Below, piece by piece: positions 11,198 to 20,166 of a DNA stretch of 64,000 nt; the first letter of the stretch is position 1, and every line of letters starts with the position of its first letter. Below the pieces are notes generated by a model. That model had not been told where the DNA came from. It searched no databases and was given only the letters and a program-made list of their open reading frames with translations. The stretch spans positions 192,001 to 256,000 of the forward strand of contig CAWJQQ010000002.1 of the NCBI GenBank assembly GCA_963845065.1. The letters are read 5' to 3'. The translations under genes and the position numbers were made by a program. This DNA is from Nitrospirota bacterium (GTDB taxonomy: Bacteria > Nitrospirota > UBA9217).

Positions 11198-12028
11198 CTA
11201 CAGCCTCGGCATCGGCTCCGAGAGCGTCCCGCCAAGATTGAACTGATAATACCCTTCCGCATCCCTGTTTTTCAGCAAAGCCAAAATTCCCGCTTGTTCC
11301 TGAGCGAGACGTTCCGACGGTTTTAGTTTAATGGCGAGGTTAATCGTTCCGCGTTCTCGGAGTACCATATCTCCCACGCATCTGATCTTAAGCTCCTTGC
11401 CGTTCATTTCCAGTTTTTTGATCGTCAGCCGGTCGCCTTTAAGGTCCGCATCGATCCAGCATTCATCGAAATCCATGTCCGGAATCGAAAAACCTTTTAT
11501 CTTCAGCTCACGGAGGGCCAGGCTTTTTAGCCAGACCCTTCCCTTGCCCGTATCGTTGGTTACCTCGAAATTTCCTCCGAGCTTGCCGGTGAGCTTCAGT
11601 CCTAAATTTTTCAGGAGTTGGTAAGACCCAATGTCCAGGCCGTTTGCATCGCACTGGAGATACTGTCGGCCAGGCCCCTGCTGAATCTTCAAGAGCAAAT
11701 CGCCGCCATACGCTTTAGCTTTCAGGTCTGCGGCAAGGTGGCCGCGCAGCAGGCCAAAAAGCGAGATCGTCGTTCTAACCGAGGGGCTTTCGAATAAAAC
11801 GCTGCCTGTTTGATCGGAAACGACGACATCGGACAGGAGAAAACTATTAAAGAACCGCGGTGAAATGCGGGATATACTCAGCTCGACCGGGGTGCGTTGG
11901 CTGACTTCCGACTCAAGCTTTGCCTTGACCCGGTCAAAAGGGAATAAGAAGAAAAGGAAAACGAGAAAGGCTGCCGTGAAGTATGCAACGAACGAAGCGC
12001 GTCTGATGAGCAGTTGTTTATCGATCAT
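11198..12028 (-). CDS. gspN: T2SS protein GspN
   Basis: N-terminal TM ending in FP; last gene of the gsp operon. Confidence 0.75.
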   Translation of the reverse strand: MIDKQLLIRRASFVAYFTAAFLVFLFFLFPFDRVKAKLESEVSQRTPVELSISRISPRFFNSFLLSDVVVSDQTGSVLFESPSVRTTISLFGLLRGHLAADLKAKAYGGDLLLKIQQGPGRQYLQCDANGLDIGSYQLLKNLGLKLTGKLGGNFEVTNDTGKGRVWLKSLALRELKIKGFSIPDMDFDECWIDADLKGDRLTIKKLEMNGKELKIRCVGDMVLRERGTINLAIKLKPSERLAQEQAGILALLKNRDAEGYYQFNLGGTLSEPMPRL

Positions 12029-12031
12029 ATC

Positions 12032-12532
12032 CTACCCGGCGCTCGAGACGAAGATCGTCGCGTTGATAAGTTTTGGATTGTCATAGCGGGGCTTGAACTG
12101 GAGTTTCCTGATCCGAAGCGTGTCCTTCTCCAGCATGTAGACGTAGTTCACGATATCGTAGAGGGTTATGTTCTCGAGTTTGATTTCGACGATATTTTCC
12201 TTGAAACCCTCGGTCTGCACACCCGCCTGCGGCTTGAGAGACACGATTTTGCTGCTCAGGTTGGCCCGTTTCGTGATGTTCTCGATTTCGGTGAGGATAG
12301 GACCGTGCTTGGCAGCCTCTGCCTGGACTTGCTGCAATTGTTTCTGAATCTCCGTGTACTGCGTCCGCAGCGCCTTCATCTCCATGACATCTTTTTCCTT
12401 TTTCGGCATCAATTCACGCTTCTGGGAAAGGTCCGCCAAAAGAGGAGACAGTACCAATGCATAGAGCAGGATCACTACAGCCGCCGTGCCGCCGAAGATT
12501 AGTACCTTTTTATCTCGTTCTTCTAAGTTCAA
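12032..12532 (-). CDS. gspM: T2SS protein GspM
   Basis: LEERDK followed by a TM segment and a coiled coil; follows gspL. Confidence 0.8.
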   Translation of the reverse strand: MNLEERDKKVLIFGGTAAVVILLYALVLSPLLADLSQKRELMPKKEKDVMEMKALRTQYTEIQKQLQQVQAEAAKHGPILTEIENITKRANLSSKIVSLKPQAGVQTEGFKENIVEIKLENITLYDIVNYVYMLEKDTLRIRKLQFKPRYDNPKLINATIFVSSAG

Positions 12533-12565
12533 GAATAACTCCCAATAGTACTGGTAAACTGCGAT

Positions 12566-13897
12566 TTACAGCGCTTGTTTCAATTTGATTTCGAACCGGA
12601 ATTTCACCTTGTTGTCCACTCCCATTCTCGTGTCCAGGACTTGCACCTCGTTAAAAGCGCCGGCCTTTTGCAATTCGGCTTTCATTTTATCTATGGACTC
12701 GAAGGATGCGGCCTCGCCCTGAAGCTTCAGCAGGTTGCCTTCGAGGAGGAAATCCTGGAAAGTCACGCGGACTTCCTTCGGGATCCCCTCGGTCACGGCC
12801 TTCATCACGTCGAGAGCGGACATTCCCGATCCGAGCGCGCCGAACTTCTTCTTCGATTCATCGAGTTTTGCGCGGAGCTGCCGCACCGGGTCGGCGACTG
12901 ATTTAGCTTCTGGGACCGTTTGATGATAAATTTCCTTGATCTCCCGGTCGAGCTTGCTGTAACTGGATTCGATCAAATAGTATTTCACGCCGATGTTTGC
13001 CGCAACTAAGACCACTGCACATGCTCCAGCGATGATGAGGGTTAGCCGTTTCTTGCGCGCGCCCGCATCGGCCAGGCGGTAAGCAAACTCACCTTTTCGG
13101 AAGTTGATTTGCTCAGAGAGCGCAATACCCAGGCTCGTGGGATCTGCCGGCTTCATTCCCGCGAAGTCTGGTGTTATCTGCTCGGTTGTGATCCCCAGGT
13201 CCGCAAGGTCGGCGTTTAACCCGTTATTTTCGGATAGGAGATATGCATTTTCGATTCGCGTTCCCTGTTCTATCTCGAATGCCTTTATCGTGTGCCTGAT
13301 TCCACCCGTTGCTTGCGAGGTGGAAAAGCTCCTGCATGCTATCACGCCGTTTCCGATCTTGAGGCAGATATCATTGCCGTCGATGATGAGTGCAGCGCCC
13401 TCGACGGGTATCATTTTCGCAATATAGAAAAGACCGATGTAGGACGGGATAATGACCTGCGGGTCCAATCCCGTCGAGGCGAGCAGATCCAGGTGCTGCC
13501 GCAGGATGGTCTTCGGGAGCACAATCCCGAGCACTGCGGAATCTTTCTTTTTATCGTCCCCAGCCTCGGTGCGGTCCAGCACAATGTGGTCCAGTTCCAC
13601 GTCATCAAAAGAAAACGGGATGACATCTTCCAATTCGAACGGAAGGGCCTTCTCCAGGCGCTTGCGATCGCTGAATGGGAACGTCAGGATCCGTTGACTG
13701 AACTTGTTGCCGGGTATGGACGAGATAATGCGAGCGTCGGCCCACTCACTCGATTTTGTGCGCAGAATGTCGGCAAGTTCGATATCTGTTGCAAAGGGAA
13801 TGCTGTAGGAGTCCTTGATCTCCGTCTGACGCAGGCCCTTTTCAATAACCGACACGGAAAGCTTCCCTTTCTTAATTTTCAGACCAACGATTTTCAC
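12566..13897 (-). CDS. gspL: T2SS protein GspL
   Basis: Actin-like cytoplasmic domain (LPFELED), INFRKGEF followed by a TM segment, PilN-like C-terminus. Confidence 0.85.
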   Translation of the reverse strand: MKIVGLKIKKGKLSVSVIEKGLRQTEIKDSYSIPFATDIELADILRTKSSEWADARIISSIPGNKFSQRILTFPFSDRKRLEKALPFELEDVIPFSFDDVELDHIVLDRTEAGDDKKKDSAVLGIVLPKTILRQHLDLLASTGLDPQVIIPSYIGLFYIAKMIPVEGAALIIDGNDICLKIGNGVIACRSFSTSQATGGIRHTIKAFEIEQGTRIENAYLLSENNGLNADLADLGITTEQITPDFAGMKPADPTSLGIALSEQINFRKGEFAYRLADAGARKKRLTLIIAGACAVVLVAANIGVKYYLIESSYSKLDREIKEIYHQTVPEAKSVADPVRQLRAKLDESKKKFGALGSGMSALDVMKAVTEGIPKEVRVTFQDFLLEGNLLKLQGEAASFESIDKMKAELQKAGAFNEVQVLDTRMGVDNKVKFRFEIKLKQAL

Positions 13898-14802
13898 AAA
13901 GCTCTCCAGTAGTTTATTGTATATCCAGTGGCCGACCGGGTGATGATGGCTTCGATCTGCTTCGTATATCCGCCTACTGTTGCAAAAGAATCGACCTTAA
14001 CCACATTGCTCGTGGTCGTCAGTTGACCCGCCGCCATCGTGTTTGTAGGCCCAAGGAAATCGGCCACGCTTCCCGCATCCTTGAAAGGTTCCTCGTTCCT
14101 CCGCGACACGATCATCGCGGCCATGTTGGGGTTTATGCCGATGGTCTCTAGCACATCGACGGATGCCGTATTGATGTTGATCTGCGTTACGGGAGCCAGC
14201 GTCAACGAATCCTTCACCTTTTTAAAATCCTCATCATTCAAAAACTGGTGGAGCTCTGTAAGCAGATAGAAACTCCTGCGTTCCTCGATCATCCACGTGC
14301 TTATCTGATCGAGAATATTCTGGTCTATTCCTCGATTGGTGAACAGGATGACCAGCTGATTATACGTATTGTTTCCCTTGACGATGTTGGTGATGTTGAT
14401 TTTCCCGCTCTCGTCCTCCCACCGCACCTTGAGCTCGGTGTCGTTGCTTTCCGTCGTATCAGAGAGATCTGTGTCGCTGCTGCCTGTCATAAGTGTAGCA
14501 ATAGGGACGACCTCCCAGTCCCGCTGCTCAATATTGTCCTGTGCGTTACCTTGCTTGAGATTATAGCTCAAAAGCAGACCGGCAAACTTCACACCCGAGC
14601 GAGCCAGGTAATATGCGCGCTCGCTGTCACGAAAATTAACGGACGACCGTAGACTTATTCTCGTGCCGTAGGCGAATTCGAAAATCAGTGCAATGAGAAG
14701 CGCCGTGACCAAAAGCACGATGATCAGCGCGACACCGCGATTATTTTTCCCCCGTCCCAGGAATCTACTGCAAATCTGCGCTCTTAATGCTGATATCCAC
14801 AC
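13894..14802 (-). CDS. gspK: T2SS minor pseudopilin GspK
   Basis: RGVALIIVLLV, DESGKINI and ININTAS motifs; exact start uncertain. Confidence 0.9.
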   Translation of the reverse strand: MWISALRAQICSRFLGRGKNNRGVALIIVLLVTALLIALIFEFAYGTRISLRSSVNFRDSERAYYLARSGVKFAGLLLSYNLKQGNAQDNIEQRDWEVVPIATLMTGSSDTDLSDTTESNDTELKVRWEDESGKINITNIVKGNNTYNQLVILFTNRGIDQNILDQISTWMIEERRSFYLLTELHQFLNDEDFKKVKDSLTLAPVTQININTASVDVLETIGINPNMAAMIVSRRNEEPFKDAGSVADFLGPTNTMAAGQLTTTSNVVKVDSFATVGGYTKQIEAIITRSATGYTINYWRAL

Positions 14803-14805
14803 TGA

Positions 14806-15492
14806 TTACCACCCCACGTCCACTTTCGTGATATAGGCGGAACCATCATCAAGCAGAAGCGAAATCTGCACGGCGGTCGGCAGCATTGTTCCGCTAGGCC
14901 AATCGTTAGACCAAATAGTACCGTTGTAGTACTGGAATTGAAGGCTTTTCACCCTGTCGGTCAACTCGTACTCGACCCCTCCTTCAAGCGCAGGTACCTC
15001 TACGTTTAGCTGGCGCTTTTCCCTCCGCATCAGGATATATCCCGAGCCGTCCGGTTTTTGCTTGAAATAGTAGCCCACTTCACAGAGGTCCGTCTCTGGC
15101 GTATTCGGCCTGCGCCAGTTTGTCAGGGTAGTCAGGTAGAGTTCGTCTTGATGAATTGTGTTTCCATTGCTATCGCTTGGTATATCAGGCAGGACCATCT
15201 TGCCGTAAAAAACGGTCAGGGGATTCATCCCCGCGTTCACATAGGCATTCGCGATGTCGCTGGATATCTTCGATACCAGCGTGCGGACCAGGTCCGACGT
15301 ATCCCGAATTTTCTCGGCCTGCTCGACGTTCCGGCTCGCCATGAAAAAGCTCGAGTAAATCACCGACACGATCCCTGCCATGATCGCCGTCGCAATGATC
15401 AACTCGAGGAGAGTAAAACCCCTGTGATTTCCGATTTCCGAGTTCGAATTTTCAATTTTATTCTTATTCAATCCCAAATCCGCAATCACCAA
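14806..15492 (-). CDS. gspJ: T2SS minor pseudopilin GspJ
   Basis: Prepilin motif RGFTLLELIIA; C-terminal LPTAVQI. Confidence 0.85.
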   Translation of the reverse strand: MVIADLGLNKNKIENSNSEIGNHRGFTLLELIIATAIMAGIVSVIYSSFFMASRNVEQAEKIRDTSDLVRTLVSKISSDIANAYVNAGMNPLTVFYGKMVLPDIPSDSNGNTIHQDELYLTTLTNWRRPNTPETDLCEVGYYFKQKPDGSGYILMRREKRQLNVEVPALEGGVEYELTDRVKSLQFQYYNGTIWSNDWPSGTMLPTAVQISLLLDDGSAYITKVDVGW

Positions 15493-15501
15493 TGTTCAAT
15501 G

Positions 15502-15969
15502 CTACTCATAACTCACCAGCTCGACCGTTTCCGGCCGTGTCCCCTCATTCCACAGCACAATAACATGCACTTCCTGGATTGTTATGATGGATGTGGGGTC
15601 GATGATTTTTTTCCAGGTGTAGTCCTTAAATTCCGCCTCGGGAAACGTGCCCTCCAATTCCAGCGTCTGGCCGGGTTTGGCCTCTGTTGTCGTCTCGACC
15701 ATCGCGCGCTTTGCCAGCATTGTGGCTGTGGTCATGTGCTGCATGAGCATCACGTTTTCCATGCTGCTGTTTTTCAGACCCAGGAGAGTGACCAGTACCA
15801 TGGCCATGATCGCCACGGCGACCATTACTTCGAGAAGGGTAAAGCCTCTTGAGTTCAAAGTTTGAACTGCTCGGTGACGGCAGGAAGATCTCCACTCCGC
15901 GCTTGCCGCATTGGCACGCATCACATCCCCATATCTCAACTCCACATACTTCATAGACTCTTTGAACAC
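15502..15969 (-). CDS. gspI: T2SS minor pseudopilin GspI
   Basis: RGFTLLEVMVAVAI; start uncertain because of a long leader. Confidence 0.8.
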   Translation of the reverse strand: MFKESMKYVELRYGDVMRANAASAEWRSSCRHRAVQTLNSRGFTLLEVMVAVAIMAMVLVTLLGLKNSSMENVMLMQHMTTATMLAKRAMVETTTEAKPGQTLELEGTFPEAEFKDYTWKKIIDPTSIITIQEVHVIVLWNEGTRPETVELVSYE

Positions 15970-15975
15970 CTGCGG

Positions 15976-16488
15976 TTAGCTTTGGCTCTCCTCAATATAA
16001 CCTTTGCGGAGTTCTGTACTTCCCATGAGCGGGTTCACAAGAAGCGTAAAATCCCTGTCATCTCCATCCCGCAAATGGATGGCGGCATTCTCCACCCATC
16101 CATCGGGAGTGAACTGGATGAAGGGATCGTCCGGATGGCTTGCGGCCTGGACATCGCGAAACGTTGTCTGTCCGGACAGGCTCCCTTCAGCCCCGATTTC
16201 TGATTGCCACTTCGTGAATTCAACGGTCTGGTCGTTTGTCAGGGTCTGGACCTCAGCCCAATAGCGCCCGCCCTGGACATCAAACCGAAGCCTGTACACA
16301 GTTTTCCGTGACTGGGATTCGTCCCGCAGGAAACGGATCATGCCGGTGAGGTGCCTGGCGCTCCGCTTTACGTTCGCTTCGCCGAGTTCGCCGATACGGG
16401 GAACGATCAAGGAGATCATGACGCCCAAAATCACGATCACGATCATCATTTCAATGAGCGTGAAGCCATCTTTTTTCTGCGATGCCAA
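15976..16488 (-). CDS. gspH: T2SS minor pseudopilin GspH
   Basis: GFTLIEMMIV; C-terminal FTPDG. Confidence 0.85.
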   Translation of the reverse strand: MASQKKDGFTLIEMMIVIVILGVMISLIVPRIGELGEANVKRSARHLTGMIRFLRDESQSRKTVYRLRFDVQGGRYWAEVQTLTNDQTVEFTKWQSEIGAEGSLSGQTTFRDVQAASHPDDPFIQFTPDGWVENAAIHLRDGDDRDFTLLVNPLMGSTELRKGYIEESQS

Positions 16489-16516
16489 TTCCGCGCCCCT
16501 TATTCAGTGCCTCTTA

Positions 16517-16954
16517 CTATATCTTCCAGCTTTCGATATCCGCATTGTTGCCCTCGCCGCCGGGCTCGCCATCTGCACCGTACGAAACAATCTCATACTC
16601 CCTGTTTTCGCTTCCCGGAGAAGTGTAGATGTAATCATGGCCCCATGGATCCTTTGGTATTCTGGCCGGTTTGAGATAACCGCCTGGGCGATACTTGTCA
16701 GCGTCAGGAATGCGCCCTGTCGTGGGAATATTGATCAATGCATCGAGGCCCTGGTCCGTTGACGGATAAAACCCATTGTCGAGTTTGAACGCATCGAGTG
16801 CGCCCTCCAGGGCGCGGATCTGGGTCTTGGCTATCTCGACCTTCGCCTTCTCTTCCTGCCCCAAGAATTTTGGAAGCACTAATCCAGCAAGGAGTCCGAG
16901 AATAATGATGACTACCATGATTTCGATCAGGGTAAAACCTTTTTGATTCTTCAT
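16517..16954 (-). CDS. gspG: T2SS major pseudopilin GspG
   Basis: GFTLIEIMVV, YPSTDQGL, DPWG and SYGADG..GGEG..ADI motifs. Confidence 0.97.
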   Translation of the reverse strand: MKNQKGFTLIEIMVVIIILGLLAGLVLPKFLGQEEKAKVEIAKTQIRALEGALDAFKLDNGFYPSTDQGLDALINIPTTGRIPDADKYRPGGYLKPARIPKDPWGHDYIYTSPGSENREYEIVSYGADGEPGGEGNNADIESWKI

Positions 16955-17141
16955 AAATACCTCCCCAAATCATTTGAATCTGCAAATGGACAAAGATGCG
17001 TCTTTACCGCACACACGGAAAAGTCATCAGAGTTTATCTGAGTTTTACATTTAGCCGTAACGCGAAGCCCGAGTGGGCGAAGCGCCTGTTGTTCCCCATT
17101 CGTAGCAATCTGTACCTCTATGCCTGCCTGTTTCACGATGG

Positions 17142-18365
17142 TTATTGCACGCCCGAACTCATCTGGAGCATGGGCAGCATGATGGCGATCACAACGAACC
17201 CGATGATCAGTCCCATCACGAGGATAATCACAGGTTCCATAAGCGCCATCAGCCCCGTAAGGCGCGTTTCGACGGTGCGGTCGAACGAGTCGGAAATCTT
17301 GAGCAGCATCTTTTCCAGTTCTCCGCTTCTCTCGCCTACGGCGACCATCTGCACCACAACCGGCGGAAACAATCCGCTCCTGCGAAGCGGATCGGCGATG
17401 GGCTCGCCTTCGCGCACGTTCTCGCGCGCCTGCTGAATGGCATTCGCGAGAACCGTATTTCCAACCACGCTCTTCACGATATCCAGCGCCGCGAGGGTGG
17501 GCACGCCGCTCTGCAGCAGCGTCCCGAGCGTGCGCGTGAACCTCGACACCGCGATCATCCTGATAAGATTGCCGAATACCGGAAGCCGAAGAAGCCGGGC
17601 ATCGACGTTTTCCCTTCCTGCTGGCGTCCGCGCGTAGCGCCTAAAGTAGTAAGCGCCAGTGCCGAAGACAAGCAGGATCGCCCACCAGAACGATGACAGG
17701 AATTTCACGGTCCCCATAAGCATCACCGTGATGAGGGGCAACTGCTGCTTCATATCCTGGAACATGCCCACCACACGGGGCATCACAAAGCTGAATATGA
17801 AAAAAAGCATCCCGATGCCGACCACCGTCATAAACGCCGGGTAGGCGAGCGATGCAGAAATCCTGCCGCGGAACCTTACCTGTTCGTCGAGAAAATCTGC
17901 AAGCCGATCGAGGGTAATTTCCAGCGTTCCGCTTGCTTCACCTGCGGATACCATATTGATGAAGAGCTGCGAAAAGGCCTTTGGTTTGTTTTTGAGCGCA
18001 TCCGCAAGGGATGCACCTTCCCGCACGCTGTCGCGCACCGAAGACAGCGCACCCTTCAAGGCTGCGGTCTCCTCCTGTTCCACGAGCACGGACAATGCGT
18101 CCATCAGAGGGAGCCCGGAAGACAGGAGCGTGGCGAGTTGGCGTGTGGCATTCGCGAGATCGCTGAGCTTCACCCTGCTGCTGCTGAAGCTAAACGAAAC
18201 GTTCCCGCGCCGCGCGGCGCTCATGGACGAACCTTCGCGGATCTCGAGGACGATAACTCCGTCTTTTTTCAGCTTTGCCTTGACAGCCTTCAGACCCTCG
18301 CCGTCCTGGACGCCGGAGAGCTTTTTCCCTGCAGCAGTAACGCCTTTATATTCGAATACGGGCAT
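17142..18365 (-). CDS. gspF: T2SS inner membrane protein GspF
   Basis: TRQLATLLSSG, AGEASG and VGERSGEL motifs. Confidence 0.96.
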   Translation of the reverse strand: MPVFEYKGVTAAGKKLSGVQDGEGLKAVKAKLKKDGVIVLEIREGSSMSAARRGNVSFSFSSSRVKLSDLANATRQLATLLSSGLPLMDALSVLVEQEETAALKGALSSVRDSVREGASLADALKNKPKAFSQLFINMVSAGEASGTLEITLDRLADFLDEQVRFRGRISASLAYPAFMTVVGIGMLFFIFSFVMPRVVGMFQDMKQQLPLITVMLMGTVKFLSSFWWAILLVFGTGAYYFRRYARTPAGRENVDARLLRLPVFGNLIRMIAVSRFTRTLGTLLQSGVPTLAALDIVKSVVGNTVLANAIQQARENVREGEPIADPLRRSGLFPPVVVQMVAVGERSGELEKMLLKISDSFDRTVETRLTGLMALMEPVIILVMGLIIGFVVIAIMLPMLQMSSGVQ

Positions 18366-18480
18366 GTAAGATTTTTTTTTAACGCGGATGAATGCTGTTT
18401 AAGACCAAAAAATGGGAAACAACCATGTTTTGATTTTAACTTAAAACCCCGTTTATCCGTGTTTATCCTTGGTTACTGAA

Positions 18481-20166
18481 TTAAGATTCCTTCTGCGTTA
18501 CCCGTACGACTTCATCAATTGACGTGAGGCCCTCTAGCATGCGGGCTGCACCATCCTGCCGGAGCGTGCGCATGCCTTTCTCCATGGCCAGGGCTTTGAT
18601 CGTAGTCGCATCGTTATTTTTCATCATAAGCTGCCGAACATCATCGTCAACAGTGAGAAGTTCGTAGATAGCGCTCCTTCCGAGATAACCGGTGTTAAAG
18701 CAAGCCTCGCAGCCTTTCGCTCGGTATACAGTGGCGCCTTCTGCACTGGGATTGAACTCAAGTTCGGCAACCTCTGCCGGTGTCATCTGGTAGGGCTCCC
18801 GACATTGCTTGCAGAGCACGCGCACCAGCCGCTGGGCCAGGATCGCGATGACCGAGGAGGAAATCAAAAAAGGCTCGACCTTCATGTCCAGCAGCCTCGA
18901 CACAGCGCCTGCGGCATCATTCGTGTGGAGCGTCGAGAACACCAGGTGCCCCGTAAGGGCTGCCTGGATCGCGATCTCTGCGGTCTCCGAGTCCCGGATC
19001 TCGCCCACGAGGATCACGTCCGGGTCCTGTCGGAGAACGGAGCGAAGCCCTGCCGCGAACGTCAACTGGATCTTGGCGTTTACCTGGATCTGACCGATGC
19101 CCTTGAGCTGATATTCTATAGGGTCCTCGATCGTAATGATGTTCTTGTCCGGGGAATTGATCTTCGAGAGCGACGCATAGAGCGTCGTGGTCTTGCCGCT
19201 GCCTGTGGGGCCCGTCACAAGGATGATCCCGTGGGGCCGCTCGATCATTGCGTTGAACCGGGTCAGCGTATCGCCCGAAAAACCGATCTGGTCGAGAGGT
19301 AGCAGGGCGCTTTCCCGGTAGAGGAGACGCAGCACGATGCGCTCGCCGAAGGCCGTTGGAACAATGGACACACGAATATCCACATCTCTTCCGCCAATCT
19401 TGATGCGTATGCCGCCGTCCTGCGGTAACCGCTTCTCGGCGATGTTGAGGCCGGACATGATCTTGACGCGCGACGCGATGCTAGCCTGGAACCGCTTCTG
19501 GATCGTCAAGATGTTGTAGAGGATGCCGTCTATGCGGAACCGCGCAATCATTTCTTTCTCAAACGGTTCTATGTGAATGTCACTGGCTCGCTCGCGGATC
19601 GCCTGCGACAGGAGAGAGTTCACGAGCCGGATGATCGGCGCATCATCAGTGACCTCGAGCAGGTCGGTGGGCTCGTCGAGTTCAGCCGCGAGGAACGAAA
19701 GGTCTTCCTCCTCCATTTCCTGCACGGTGTCCTCGGCCTTGTTCATGTCTTCGCTGTAGAGCCGGTTCAATGTATCGAGAATCTTTTCAGAGGGTGCAAG
19801 GCAAAGTGCTATGTCAACACCGAGCAACGCGGAGAGATCATCGAGGGCGGATAGGTTCAGAGGTTCGGATGTGGCCGCAAGTACCGTGCCGTTATCCCGT
19901 CGAAGGGGCAGGACCATGGCTTTTTTGGCGTACGTGATGGGCAATTTGAGCGCTAGTTCCCTGTCGATATCGCCGAGATCGGATTGATAGGGAAGACCGA
20001 GCTGTTGCCCGAGCGCCTTCAGCACCTCTTCTTCGGTCACAAAGTTGAGGCGTATGAGAAGCGTGCCGATCCGGCCTCCCCGTTTTTTTTGGAGGTCGAG
20101 CACCTTCTTAAGCCGCTCCGGTGAAAGTCCGGCTTCAACGAGTATCTCACCGAGCAGGCGTCTCAC
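18481..20166 (-). CDS. gspE: T2SS ATPase GspE with N-terminal MshEN-like domain
   Basis: GPTGSGKTT, LRQDPDVILVGEIRD and tetracysteine motifs. Confidence 0.97.
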   Translation of the reverse strand: MRRLLGEILVEAGLSPERLKKVLDLQKKRGGRIGTLLIRLNFVTEEEVLKALGQQLGLPYQSDLGDIDRELALKLPITYAKKAMVLPLRRDNGTVLAATSEPLNLSALDDLSALLGVDIALCLAPSEKILDTLNRLYSEDMNKAEDTVQEMEEEDLSFLAAELDEPTDLLEVTDDAPIIRLVNSLLSQAIRERASDIHIEPFEKEMIARFRIDGILYNILTIQKRFQASIASRVKIMSGLNIAEKRLPQDGGIRIKIGGRDVDIRVSIVPTAFGERIVLRLLYRESALLPLDQIGFSGDTLTRFNAMIERPHGIILVTGPTGSGKTTTLYASLSKINSPDKNIITIEDPIEYQLKGIGQIQVNAKIQLTFAAGLRSVLRQDPDVILVGEIRDSETAEIAIQAALTGHLVFSTLHTNDAAGAVSRLLDMKVEPFLISSSVIAILAQRLVRVLCKQCREPYQMTPAEVAELEFNPSAEGATVYRAKGCEACFNTGYLGRSAIYELLTVDDDVRQLMMKNNDATTIKALAMEKGMRTLRQDGAARMLEGLTSIDEVVRVTQKES

